Below, in pieces: positions 26,466 to 38,890 of a DNA stretch of 64,000 nucleotides; within the stretch, counting starts at the first letter, position 1; each line of letters opens with the position of its first letter. This stretch comes from Octopus vulgaris (lineage: Eukaryota): positions 61,690,001-61,754,000 of the forward strand of contig OX597814.1 in NCBI GenBank assembly GCA_951406725.2, written 5' to 3'. Position numbers and translations under genes: made by a program. A model generated the notes under the pieces. That model saw only the letters and a program-made list of their open reading frames with translations. It had not been told where the DNA came from and did no database searches.

Positions 26466-27872
26466 ATTTCATCAGGATCTGAGGGTTTGGGAAGATCCAA
26501 TAAATAAAATGGAATCATTTGGAAAATAGATTAATATAAAATAAAAATCATTACACAATAAACAGATTAATAACAAATCGGTTTATATAAATGAAGAGTT
26601 AAAAATAAGGCATTAGATATAAGGTGTGTGGAGGAGTGGGGGTGAAGTAGTGGCGGATGATTAAAGTGGCTGAAAGAGGAAGGAGATAGGAAAAGGGAGG
26701 CAAAGTTTTATATGTAAAAAACCTAAATGTTTAAACTAAAGGAGCCTGAATGGCGAGTCGATGCAATTTAAAGAAAGTAAAGAAGGAAGAAACAGATAAG
26801 GGAGGAGAGACAAAGAAATAAAGAAAGGAAGGTGGAAAAAGAAAGATTGAAAGAAAAAAGGAAGAAAGGAGGGGTGAAATTAAAGTGAGGGAGGGAGAGA
26901 GAGGAATAGATAAGTGAATAGAGAAAGAAATTAAAATGAAATTAGAAAGGTACACCGAATCAGAGTGTATAAAGGAATAGAACGAAAAAGAGAGACAAGA
27001 GGGAACATGAGGGCTAATACAAGGAAACAAAATATAAAAATAAAAAGAAACAAAGACTGAAGAAGTAATAACTAATAAAATAAAACATTGTTTCATAATG
27101 ATTTCTTACAAGTGAGTCTGTTGCATCATCACTTTCTTTCTATTCTTAGTAATCTTTTGTCTTATACACTTAATTTCCTTCTCTTGTTTCCCTTAGCATT
27201 CTTCTTTACTGATTCAGGGTTTCTTTGTTATTCTCTCCTTATCTTCTATTTGTTCCATTCTTTATTTCTTCGTCTATTCTTTCATCTTTCACTATATTTC
27301 TCCTTCCCTATACATTTCTATTTCTCTATATTTTCTCTTTACTTTTTTGATTTCTTCTTAATCCCTCGCTCTTTCAGTTTTTCTTTCGTCTCCTTCATTC
27401 CTTCATTTCTTCTTTTTTAATAGTGGAACTCGAAATTGATAAAGCTATAAATAACAGCGTGTAAACATTAGGTTAAAAAAAAGCTTTAAATTCGAAAGTT
27501 GCTCGTGTGATTCGAACTTACATTTGTAAATATTGGTTTTAACTTTGGCACAAAACCAGCAGTTTGTGGGGAGGGGCCAAGTCGATTATATCGACCCCAG
27601 TATTTAACTTATTAACTAATGTTAGTAAGGACCACTCGGCAACGGGTCAGTTGGATACGTGACAAAAAGCCCATGGGAGTGAGAAATCTTGACCATTTAC
27701 TAAGGCTAAAATGATTGAAGATCCGAAGGGACGAGAAAAGGCAGCCATTCTCATCGGTTGAAAATGGTAGTCACAGCTATGTGACTTGCGAGTAAACGGT
27801 GTGATTGGTGAAAATGTATACTTTTGTATCAGTGCAAATTGCTGATGTCGCGATTAGCCAGTGAGCTTGATA

Positions 27873-27927
<55 letters not shown>

Positions 27928-27944
27928 CCACAGAGTCAGTATTA

Positions 27945-28408
27945 ATATTGCGAGGTAATATTTATCCCCACTTCAACCTAGATGCTCTGTTAGAACAGAC
28001 TATACTGCGGTGGATGCCATGAGAGAAGCTCTCATATTATTGATGGTTTTTTTTTTTTGGTGCAATATGCGTTCTTGTTTATATTGCTAGTGGGGAGGTA
28101 AATCCCCGCAACAAGCTCACTGGCTAATCACCACAGCAGCGCCTATTCTGGTGGGGAGAGGAATCGCTGTAATTTCTAGCGGTCGACGTCTATCAATTAC
28201 AAGAGACCAGGTAAGGTCGAAATCACCTGATTTGGTAGTCTCAGCGCTGGAGATAGCGGGGTAATATCTCCCCGCTAGTGATATAAACAAGAATACATTT
28301 TGCATCAAAAGCCAATATGACAGTTTCTCCTATAGCATCTACTGCAGTATAATTTGTTCTTACAGAACATCCACATTTAAGTGGAGATAAGTATTACCTC
28401 TCGGTATA
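27945..28408. repeat. Diverged fold-back (inverted repeat) element between two (TA)n tracts
   Basis: 27945-28110 (GAGGTAATATTTATCCCCACTT..TATACTGCGGTGGATGC..TTCTTGTTTATATTGCTAGTGGGGAG) pairs with 28257-28408. Confidence 0.75.
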
Positions 28409-28449
28409 TATACCGCCTTTGTCGCTTATATATATATAAATATATATAT

Positions 28450-28890
28450 ATGGGTACAGGACGTAACCACTGTGTAAAAACCATGAAGTACGAAAACAAA
28501 AGAGTTAAATACGCAAACAACGAGAGAAAAATATGGAAAACAGGACAAGTAACACGAAGAACGACTCTTCATCAGTTGTCGGATGTCTATCTACTCCTCA
28601 TTTCGAGTATTTAACGACAATATGAGTCTTCGAAGACAGTTGCTCCCATAAATTCCAAAATAAAATTTTGGATTTATGAAGGGACAAAGTTAGAACCAAA
28701 ATCAGGACAGTGGAGACATACAAGGAAATCGAACGAAAATAAAAATCGAGAGTCGTTAGACCAGGGCGAGAGGAAAATAGTGAAAAGATAAAAGATAAAA
28801 GATAGAGGAGAGAGATAGAAAACTCGTCGTGCCAGAAAAGAAAGACGGTCACGTGAAGAAAAGAAAGACGGACGATGGTCGCATGTGATC

Positions 28891-28929
<39 letters not shown>

Positions 28930-29055
28930 ATAAAGAAAGAGAGAGAGAGAGGCAAACAGAAAACGGTGAAGGGGAGAAAAAGTGAATTAGAGAGCGATGG
29001 GGAGAAAACAGTATAGAGTAGAGTCGCATCAAAATGAAATAGTAATATAAATAAT
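28450..29055 (-). mobile_element. Family X repeat, copy 2
   Basis: Begins ATGGGTACAGGACGT after (TA)n; reverse complement of 30775-31382. Confidence 0.8.
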
Positions 29056-29142
29056 ATATATATGTATATGTATATGTATACATACATACATACATACATA
29101 CACACACACATATATATTATATATATATAATATCTGCTTATA

Positions 29143-29555
29143 TGAGTACAGGACGTCGTCACCAACTTTGTAAACGACATGAAATACGAAAACAACGAGA
29201 ACAACATGGAAAACAGGACAAATAACACTAAGAACGACTTTTCATCAGTTGTCGGCTATCTACTCCTCGTTTCGAGCATTCAACGACAGTATGAGTCTAA
29301 TAAGACAGCTGATCTATTATTTTCCAACTTTGACCCTCCATAAATTCAAAATTTTATTTTGGAATTTATGGGAGCAAGTGCCTTCGAAGACTCTTAATGT
29401 CGTTGAATGCTCGAAATGAGGAGTAGATAGACAGCCGACAACTGATGAAGGGTCGTTCTTTGTCTTACTTGCTCTGTTTTCCAATTTTTCTCCCGTTGTT
29501 TGCATATTTAACTCGTTTATCTTCGCACTTCATGTTGTTTATACAGATGGTGAAC
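29143..29555. mobile_element. Family X, two partial copies in inverted arrangement
   Basis: 29143-29310 on the minus strand, 29320-29555 on the plus strand; overlapping content forms a fold-back. Confidence 0.75.
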
Positions 29556-29579
29556 ATATATGCATATATATATATATAT

Positions 29580-29943
29580 AATGTAAAGTATAAAAGCCAT
29601 CTCAATATGGCTAACCACAAAGTGGGGGTGTTACTGTAGCTTTTTAGCCCCAGGAGATCATCGTCTCCAGCTGGCTTTAGATACGCTTTCTGTGCCCTTG
29701 AAGTATTTGCAAAGGGAGGCCATCCCTTCCTCGTAAGCCTGAGTGATAGGAGGAAGGGATGGCCTCCCTTGCATATACTTCAAGGGCACAGAAAGTGTGT
29801 CTAAAGCCAGCTGGAGACGATGATCTCCTGGGGCTAAAAAGCTACAGTAACACCCCCACTTTGTGGTTAGCCGTATTGAGATGGCTTTTATACTTTACAT
29901 TGTCGAGCGGTTACTGTTTACATCTCGCTCTGAGATTTAATAA

Positions 29944-29947
<4 letters not shown>
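29580..29947. repeat. Near-perfect hairpin element: ~152-bp arms, 17-nt loop, one-sided tail
   Basis: 29580-29732 is the reverse complement of 29750-29901 with about 5 differences; tail 29902-29947; (TA)n on both sides. Confidence 0.95.
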
Positions 29948-29990
<43 letters not shown>

Positions 29991-29999
29991 ATATATATA

Positions 30000-30412
30000 C
30001 TCTTTTACTCTTTTACTTATTTCAGTCATTTGACTGCGGCCATGCTGGAGCACCACCTTTAGTCGAGCAAATCGACCCCGGGACTTATTCTTTGTAAGCC
30101 CAATACTTATTCTATCGGTCTCTTTTGCCGAACCGCTAAGTAACGGGGACGTAAACACACCAGCATCGGTTGTCAAACAATGCTAGGGGGACAAATACAG
30201 ACACACAAACACACATATATATGATTGATTGATTGATTCCAGTTTCAGCTCACGAGCTGTGGCCATGCTGGGGCACCGCCATTGTATATATATATATATA
30301 CATATATATGACAGGCTTCTTTCAGTTTCCGTCTACCAAATCCACTCACAAGGCATTGGTCGGCCCGGGGCTATAGCAGAAAACACATGCCCAAGATGCC
30401 ACGCAGTGGGAC
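30000..30412 (-). mobile_element. SINE family A with a nested family C tail (30238-30284)
   Basis: Reverse complement of 5728-6137; the insert matches the reverse complement of 11917-11963. Confidence 0.8.
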
Positions 30413-30654
30413 TTATATATATAGATAGGAAAATGTGTTGCTGAAAATACACTTAACTTTCAAAAACTCGTAAATGTTTAAAATATATTCATTTACATAT
30501 ATACCAAACTAGTTTCAACAATATTTTTTGTTTATCAATGGTAAAAGTGTAAAATTAGAAAAACATTGTTATAAGTTTCAATGTTGACAAATCAAAATTT
30601 TCAATGTTGACAAACTGAAATGTACAATGTTGTTAAATTAAAATGTTTCAATGT

Positions 30655-30725
<71 letters not shown>

Positions 30726-30774
30726 CATATATATATATACATATTTATATACACACATATATTGTTTATATTAT

Positions 30775-31382
30775 TATTTAAATGAACGCCACGCATCCAT
30801 TTCTAAGTGAGTTTATTTTTACTTTTTTGATGCGATTGTACTCCATACTGTTTTCCCCCTCCTTCTCTACTTCCATTTTTCTTTCCTTCAACGTGTTCTA
30901 TCTGCCTCTCTCCCCTCTTTTTTTCTCTCTCGTTGCTCACACGTAACCAACTTTATTTTCCTGCACGACGTTCTACGGACTTGACAGGTCTTCTATCTCT
31001 CTCCTCTATCTTTTCTCTTTTAAAAGAAAATATTTCCCCTGGCGTTCGCTATTTTCCTCTCGTTCTGGTCTAACGACCCCCACCCATGTTTGTTTTCCTT
31101 CGATTTCTTTGTATGTCTTCACTGACCTATTTTTGTGCCCAACTTTGACCATCAAAAATTCCAAAATTTTATTTCGGAATTTATGGGAGCAACTGTCTTC
31201 GAAGACTCATATTGTCGTTGAATGCTCGAAATGAAATGTAGGTAGACAGCCGACAACTGATGAAGGGTCATTTTTTGTGCTACTTGTCCTGTTTTCCATA
31301 TTTTTCTCTCGTTGTTTGCGTATTTAACTCGTTTGTTTTCGTACTTCATATTGTTTACAAAGTTGGTGACGTCCTGTACCCA
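30775..31382 (+). mobile_element. Family X repeat, longest copy
   Basis: From ATGAACGCCACGCATCCATTTCTAAGTGAG to GTGACGTCCTGTACCCA followed by (TA)n; its left terminus recurs inverted at 63700-63755. Confidence 0.8.
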
Positions 31383-31415
31383 TATATATATATATATATA
31401 TAAATATATACATAC

Positions 31416-31479
<64 letters not shown>

Positions 31480-31503
31480 TCCATTTCCAAGTAAGTTTAT
31501 TTC

Positions 31504-31534
<31 letters not shown>

Positions 31535-31730
31535 ATGAGTGTGTTTGTATATACGTACGTTTGTAAAGATCTACACACATGGATTTGTTTATATCCATCT
31601 GAATCTGAACATGTGTATAACTTTTATAAAACCCAGTGTGTATGTGTGTGTATGTGTGTGTATGAGTGTAGGTATGTGTATGCGCGTGTGCGCACGCACA
31701 TTCACACACACTTACGCACACATAAATTTA

Positions 31731-31961
31731 CGAGAGGGTACTGACAGGTTCCTGACTTTGAGTAAAATAAATTCGGGAGGATCAGTTAATTATGACTGAT
31801 TTTATTCAACTTATTCCCTTCTTAAATTCACACGCAAATTGCAGCGGTCCTTCATTTTTTCTAAGCCCTGTAAAAGAACTAAGTCCTCTAAAAGAAGATT
31901 GGGTCTCCCACCAGGCCTTTTGCAATATCCTTAAGGCTAGGAACGTTTCAGCACTCCTTCG
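31731..31961. mobile_element. mariner-type MITE
   Basis: TA-CGAGAGGGTACTGACAGGTTCCTG ... AGGAACGTTTCAGCACTCCTTCG-TA imperfect TIRs; related copy at 55088-55273. Confidence 0.75.
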
Positions 31962-32541
31962 TATACATACATGCGCGCACACATGTATGTATAGTTGTTG
32001 GATGAGAAGGAAATATGAACTGTATATATAATTACTGAATGTGAAGCAAAAGCGGTGAATCTGAGGACTGTTGCGTATTACTGTTCAACTGATCAGGTTG
32101 ATTCAGATTGTTAATAGGGAGTAACCATCGAGTTTAGGAATATAGTGTATTCTGCATCCTCTGGGAGGTGGGGATTAAATTTCAAGTACGGAATGCATCT
32201 TGCAGAGGACCAGGAAATTTGATTGCCTAGGAAAGGCTGAAATTCTCACTATTGCAACTATGATTCGCTATTTAGAGAATCCAGGGAAACCATAGGGAGA
32301 GAGAATGTGATTGAAACGTTGAAAGAGGGAAGTTGATGGTAGGCGCTAAGGTTTCTGTTGACCCAGGCAGTATCTGGCTTATTGTTGGAATTCCTCTGCT
32401 ACAGGAACGCACTTAAATATTCTTAAATGCAGACAAAAGACAGCTTATTATCTTAACATTTAAGACGTGATAAGATGGAAAACGAAGTGAGGATACGTCT
32501 ACCGTCAATATTTTTTAAAAATCTTAATATATGTAAATTTA

Positions 32542-33138
32542 AAGGCGGCGAGCTGCCAGAAACATTAGCACGCAGAGTGAAATGCTTAGCAGTATTGCGT
32601 CTGCTGTTACGTTCTGAGTTCAAATCCCGCCGAGGTCGACTTTGCCTTTCATCCTTTCGGGGTCGGTAAATTAAGTACCAGTTACGCACTGGGGTCGATT
32701 TAATCGACTTAATTCCCTTGTCTGTCCTTGTTTGTCCCCTCTGTGTTTAGCCCCTAGTGGGCAATAAAGAAATAAGTATTTCGTCTGTCTTTATGTTCTG
32801 AGTTCAAATTCCGCCGAGGTCGACTTTTCCTTTCATCCTTTCGGGGTCGATAAATTAAGTACCAGTTGTGTACTGGGATCGATATAATCGACTGGGCCCC
32901 CTCCCTAAACATTTCAGGCTTTGTGCTTAGAGTAGAAAAAAATCGTTAGCACACCGGGCGAGATTCTTAACGGCATTTCGTCCGTCTTTACATTCTGAGT
33001 TCCAATTCTGCGGAGGTCGACTTTGCGTTTCATCCTTTCGGGGTTGATGAAATAAGTACCATTTGAACACTGAGGGCGATATAATTGACTTGCCCCCTTC
33101 GCCCAAACTGCTGGCCTTGTACCCAAATTTGAGACCAA
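32542..33138 (+). mobile_element. Cluster of three tandem SINE family B (Meta-domain-like) copies
   Basis: GAGGTCGACTTT.C.TTTCATCCTTTCGGGGT.G.T.AA.TAAGTACC repeated at ~32632, 32816 and 33014, with different 3' tails. Confidence 0.85.
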
Positions 33139-33860
33139 TATATGTAAATTTATTTTTTGTCATTACGTTTCTGCAATATTTTACAAGTATGTATGCATGA
33201 ATATGTATGAATGAGGTTAAACTACATCCGTTTAGAAACTTCTATAGTTTTAAGGTGTAGGGAACAACCTCTTAGCCACTAGTTTTCCCAGGTCTACTCT
33301 GACCCGGACCAGTAGTACCTCTCAAGGTTGCAGCTATGGGTCAGTTAGCATATTAGGGCTTGCCTATCTATGCATGAGAAGACTGGATCTGGCTGGCTCT
33401 GTGGGAGAAACCTTTATGGTTCAACGGAAGGGAAGGTGGCAACAGCAATGCATTATGGAGTGCAGAGAACAAGATGAGGCAAGTAAGACACCTTGATCAT
33501 CTACTGCATTTATCTCCATTCCCGTCTTCTTGACCTGGTCTTGACCACTGGATTGAAAATGGAGACGGACGAAAGAGTGAAATTAACTGTGCGCAACTCT
33601 TCCTCACTTTAAACGAAGTCAACTCTCAAGTTTAGGTCATCAGTCACTCTTACGGATGACTAGATGATCCTCTTGTACCCACGGACGAACATAAAACATG
33701 CATGCATTCATGCATGTATATATGCATGTATGTATACATGTCTATCTAAATGCACTTACATAAATGCATGTAGTATACATAATACACATATTATAGATAT
33801 ATGTGTGTACATACATAATACGTACTCTCATTCACACACACATATATATATACATACATG

Positions 33861-33926
<66 letters not shown>

Positions 33927-34149
33927 TACATACATACATACATACATACATACATACATACATACATGCATGCATACATGCATACATACATGCATGCATA
34001 CATCTTGCTCAGGAAATAACTTCTCCTGCAGCTGAGTGGCAAAACCAGATTTATGTCCAATCATCTCTGGTGTACCGTCCGTACAACTTGAAGGCATGCA
34101 GTTAGCAGTTTTAACTAGGAGTCTTTAAGGAAAAAAAAACCCAAAAAAA

Positions 34150-34950
34150 AACTCTTCTTTAAAGTGTTCGATATTGTCCATTCCCGATAAGAATCGTTTC
34201 CGGCATGTAGTTCTCAAATGTCTCCTCCGGCATGTAATTCACAAATGAATTTTGAAGTTGCGACAGATAATTATCAACACCTTCTTTCAATGGTAGATCG
34301 ATTTCCGAATGCTCACTATTTCTTTCAATAAACAGAAAACGAAGAAATTTTTTTTTTCACTTCAGTGATTCCAAAGTGAACATTTTTTTTCTTGTTCTTT
34401 AACACTATCTGTGACTGTCACTTTGAATTTCTGCACTGTAAGATTCACTTCATGTAAATAGTTGAACACGTCTGACAAACAGGCACCAGACATATTCAGC
34501 TATTTAAATCAGTGGTTCTCAACTGGGGTCCATATAGCCCTCATGGGGTGAGGTCCATGTAAGATATTGTTAAAATTTATGTTATAAATTGATTCTACAA
34601 TACGCAAAATATTTTAACAATTTTTTATATGCAACTCTTAATAATGTTTAATTAAAAAAAACTGCAATAAGGTCTTTTTTAAATATTGAATGCTTATGAA
34701 GGTCCATTCAAGTAGAATAGGAATCTATGCGGCCCATAAGTAAAAAAAAAAATCTGAGAAGCACTGATTTAAATTAAATGAATCCACTTCTGTTGGACAG
34801 CTGAGATATTAATAAAGCCTAACACCTAGACGCCATTTTGAATCTCTTTCAAAACTTCCTCTCTGTTCTTAGTACCCGATGAGAAGAGCGTGTTCTATAC
34901 GGGTGCGAGTTTTTCATTCATATAAAGCTGAGTTAAAATTTTATTAAATA
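34150..34950 (-). pseudogene. hAT Buster-type transposase relic
   Basis: Minus-strand translation ACLSDVFNYLHEVNLTVQ..KCSLW and LKEGVDNYLSQLQNSFVNYMPE resembles the ZBED5/FAM200-type region LAYLSDIF..LNELN..LQ; interrupted by a MITE. Confidence 0.55.
34510..34766. mobile_element. hAT (Charlie-like) MITE
   Basis: TIRs CAGTGGTTCTCA / TGAGAAGCACTG; perfect 8-bp TSD ATTTAAAT (34502-34509 and 34767-34774). Confidence 0.9.
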
Positions 34951-35334
34951 CAAGCAGTATCGCCCGGCGTTGCTCGGGTTTGTAAGGGAAATAACTATAA
35001 AGCATTTTTAGAGAGTTATAGCCAAAAAATAGCAAAAAAATGGAAAAAAAATTATGGTAAATTTTTTTTGAGAGTTAAAAAGGTCGAGTTGCGTCCCCTA
35101 GACAGTCTGTGGTTTGTGTTTCTGATTCTCGACCCCATGTCGAATTTATCGATTATTTTCAGAACTGGGGGAACTTTTCAAAATTTTCGCTGCGTTAGTT
35201 TTGAATTATGACATTGGGCTATGTGTGTGTCAAATTTCATCAGAATCGGTTGAAAGCAGTGGTTAGGGTGAGGGTACAACCTAACAGACACACATACACG
35301 CAGACAGACAAACTGCCGTTTATATAGAGAGAGA
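34951..35334 (-). mobile_element. Non-autonomous Helitron, copy 1
   Basis: Minus strand starts TC; 3' hairpin CCCGAGCAACGCCGGG about 10 nt before a CTTG (CTAG variant) end; near-identical to 38173-38559. Confidence 0.85.
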
Positions 35335-35346
35335 TGCATACATACA

Positions 35347-35420
<74 letters not shown>

Positions 35421-35551
35421 CACAAACACACAAGCACTTACATACACACGCATACATCTATATAAATGTATTTATCTACATATATGTATATTTATGTATA
35501 TGCATATATACAAACATATACATATATATGCACATTCACATACTTCCTTGT

Positions 35552-35587
<36 letters not shown>

Positions 35588-35741
35588 ATGTGTGTGTTTG
35601 TGTGTGTTTGTGTGTGCGCGCGTGCATGTGCTCGCATGTATTGAAATAAAAATGAACAGGGATATTGTGAAAAAACTATATTATAATAATGAATCAATTC
35701 AACGAATATTCATGCTCAACAGTACGGAGAAGGAATACAAA

Positions 35742-35812
<71 letters not shown>

Positions 35813-35838
35813 CATACATACATACATACATACATACA

Positions 35839-35898
<60 letters not shown>

Positions 35899-36444
35899 CA
35901 TGTATGTATTTATGTATGTACGTACGTATTTAAACAATGACATGACCTCAAACCGAAGATAAATCTCAAACATAGAATCAATCCTCTATTTGAGAATTTT
36001 TATATCTAGTAACACGCGTTAACATCCTAATCTACGTAAACTGTCTGGTACTTACGTGTTACGAAATAGCAAGATAAATGCTGATAATATTCTTAGCTCG
36101 AGAGCCAACAGTAGTGTTGACAATCATGAAAACACTGGTTCTGACTTGTATAGGCTACTGCTGATGCTCGTATTTTTAAATACTTGTGGATACATATATT
36201 CATTACCTTGCCTCCAAAAATTATTTAGTGATTAAGTAGCAAAAATATCAGTAGAAAAAGAAACACACAAATCACTGGGAAAAGCGGTCTACACACGCGC
36301 GCACACACAAATATCGAACAGATATAAATATTCTTTATTTGTGTGTTAAAAAGGCTACCAAGAGTTTCATGTAGAGAGAGATCTCTTAACAATTATGAAG
36401 CTTGCTAATGTTGGTACTCGATGTGGTTGTGGTATATATATATA

Positions 36445-36801
36445 TATAAATTGGAAAAAAAACACCTTTATCAATTCAATAATGAAAAATTAAGTTACTA
36501 CTACTACTAATATTTTGACTATAATCATTTCTTAAATATAGCCACGAAACACGTGTCGTTATTCTACCAAATATATACGTTTTATTTATTATTTTGCACA
36601 TTACTTAATCATCGTTATATTTTTTTAATCTTATATTTAATTTTTCCATAATATTTAATTTTCTAGATGGTATAACTTAATTTTTCATTATTGAATTGAT
36701 AAAAGTTCTTTTTTCTAATTTATATATATTATATTTTGTGAAATTTGATTTAGTATTTCTAAATTGAATTTTTCCCTGTAAGTTTGGAATAATACTCCCT
36801 C

Positions 36802-36803
<2 letters not shown>
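36445..36803 (+). repeat. Fold-back element with ~52-bp inverted arms, one-sided tail and hammerhead remnant
   Basis: 36445-36497 is inverted at 36673-36724; GAAAC-ACGT-GTC at 36546-36557; tail homologous to the reverse complement of 38570-38640; (TA)n on both sides. Confidence 0.7.
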
Positions 36804-36836
<33 letters not shown>

Positions 36837-37296
36837 TATATATGTATATATGCATATAAAAATTTATCTTCATACATTTTTCCATAGAATTCGGAGCAAT
36901 TACTGAAAGTTACGACGTCTCATATACGAATACGTCTACGTAAACAATGTGAGCGAAGATAGAAATAATAGTTAATGGTTGTATATGCATATTTCCAGAG
37001 TTATTGTTCTTTCATCAGCATGACATCCAACCCATCAACTATCCACGAACGTACTGCTTAAATACTTACTAAGTTTAGTGGTGTAACACTATTGGGTAGA
37101 CTAATTTACATATTAAATACATTCTTGGCAATTGGTACGTAAATATTAATTGCTTGCAAGGACTCCATATTTTGTTTTGCAACCCTAATATACTACTAAA
37201 GTGTTATAGGTTTACAAGTCAATATTTTGTTTTACTCTTGTTAGTAGTGCGATCTTCTCATTTTAAAGTTTCCCTCTGTAGATTTTCCATAGAATT

Positions 37297-37580
37297 CAGA
37301 ACCCATGGAATACTACGTGTGGGACGCAGTTGAGAAAGACACCAACCGCTGTATTCGATGATCTTCCCAGGGACACAATAATGAACGCATGCGTCAAGTT
37401 ACGGAGCCATCTTGAGGGTGCGGTGGTGGTACTTTGAGTAAACATTTATCTCCCAGCTATAATCTAGTTGATATTTTTTGATTTTTTAAAAATCCTTTTT
37501 TGGTGGTGGTGGTGGTGGTGGGGATATTGTGTTTTCTTTTCCTTTTATACAAACTGTCAAATTTAGTTCTAACACTCTAT
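37297..37580 (+). pseudogene. Tc1/mariner (maT/DD37D-like) transposase C-terminal relic
   Basis: NPMEYYVWDAVEKDTNR..PRDTIMNACVKLRSHLE..GGYFE*. Confidence 0.65.
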
Positions 37581-37589
37581 ACATAAATG

Positions 37590-37620
<31 letters not shown>

Positions 37621-37640
37621 ACATACACACACACATACAT

Positions 37641-37716
<76 letters not shown>

Positions 37717-38103
37717 GGCAAGAAGAAAATGGAAGGGATACAGAAATAGTACACATCAACTGTTAGGCATTATATTATGTCTATTTATTTATTTTAAACA
37801 ATTATGAGAATATATATATATACATACATATGTAAAGACTGTATTACATGCATAAATACCAGTAATTCCTAAAATAGAAAAAGAAAAAGAACAATTTCTT
37901 ACAGCCGTTTCTGCTAAGAGGTCACAATAAACCACATGTTATTTCCATCTCTTCAGTGTTCTGTAGTGATAGGTAGATAAAATTAGGGTATTGAGTGTGC
38001 CTCTAGGCTTCATCAGAGAGTTCAAAAGCGGGTTTAAGAAATTCAGAGGGCTAATGTATGTATATATAAGAATACACACACACACACACACACACACATA
38101 CAC

Positions 38104-38171
<68 letters not shown>

Positions 38172-38172
38172 A

Positions 38173-38559
38173 CTAGCAGTATCGCCCGGCGTTGCTCAGG
38201 TTTGTAAGGGAAATAACTATAAAGCATCTTTAGAGAGTTATAGCCAAAAAATAGCAAAAAAATGGGGAAAAAATTATGGTAAATTGTTTTTTGAGAGTAA
38301 AAAAAGGTTGAGTTGCGTCCCCTAGACAGTCTGTGGTTTGTTTTTTTTTATTCTCGACCCCATGTCGAATTTATCGATTTTTTTCAGAACTGGGGGAACT
38401 TTTCAAAATTTTCGCTGCGTTAGTTTTGAATTATGACATTGGGCTATGCGTGTGTCAAGTTTCATCAGAATCGGTTGAAAGCCGTGGTCAGGGTGAGGGT
38501 ACGAGAAAACAGACACACAGAAACACGCACAGACAAACTGCCGTTTATATATAGAGAGA
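38173..38559 (-). mobile_element. Non-autonomous Helitron, copy 2
   Basis: A|TC..hairpin..CTAG|T termini on the minus strand. Confidence 0.9.
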
Positions 38560-38561
38560 TA

Positions 38562-38850
38562 ATAAATATTAGGGAATAAATCCAAATTTACAGGGAAAAA
38601 TCAGATTTAGGACTGAATCCAATTTTATAGTAAAATATTATATAATATTAATTAGAGACAAAACCACTATTATGCAAATCAAACAAAGAAAGACTTAATC
38701 CAATACATAAAAAATTTTATATAAATTAAATAAAATTAAATAAAATTAAAATTAAATTTAATTTAATTTTATTTAATTTATATAAAATTTTTTATGTATT
38801 GGATTAAGTCTTTCTTTGTTTGATTTGCATAATAGTGGTTTTGTCTCTAA

Positions 38851-38863
<13 letters not shown>
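38562..38863 (-). repeat. Near-perfect hairpin (~100-bp arms) with one-sided tail
   Basis: 38639-38740 is the reverse complement of 38762-38863; tail AGGGAATAAATCCAAATTTACAGGGAAAAA; abuts (TA)n. Confidence 0.9.

Positions 38864-38890
<27 letters not shown>

Noticed and set aside
29800-29850. CTGGAGA..AAAAGCTACAGTA as a hammerhead in the 29.6-kb hairpin
   Set aside because: No GAAA box and no consistent stems.
32030-32430. Possible minus-strand LINE relic
   Set aside because: Only a vague resemblance; no motif could be read with confidence.
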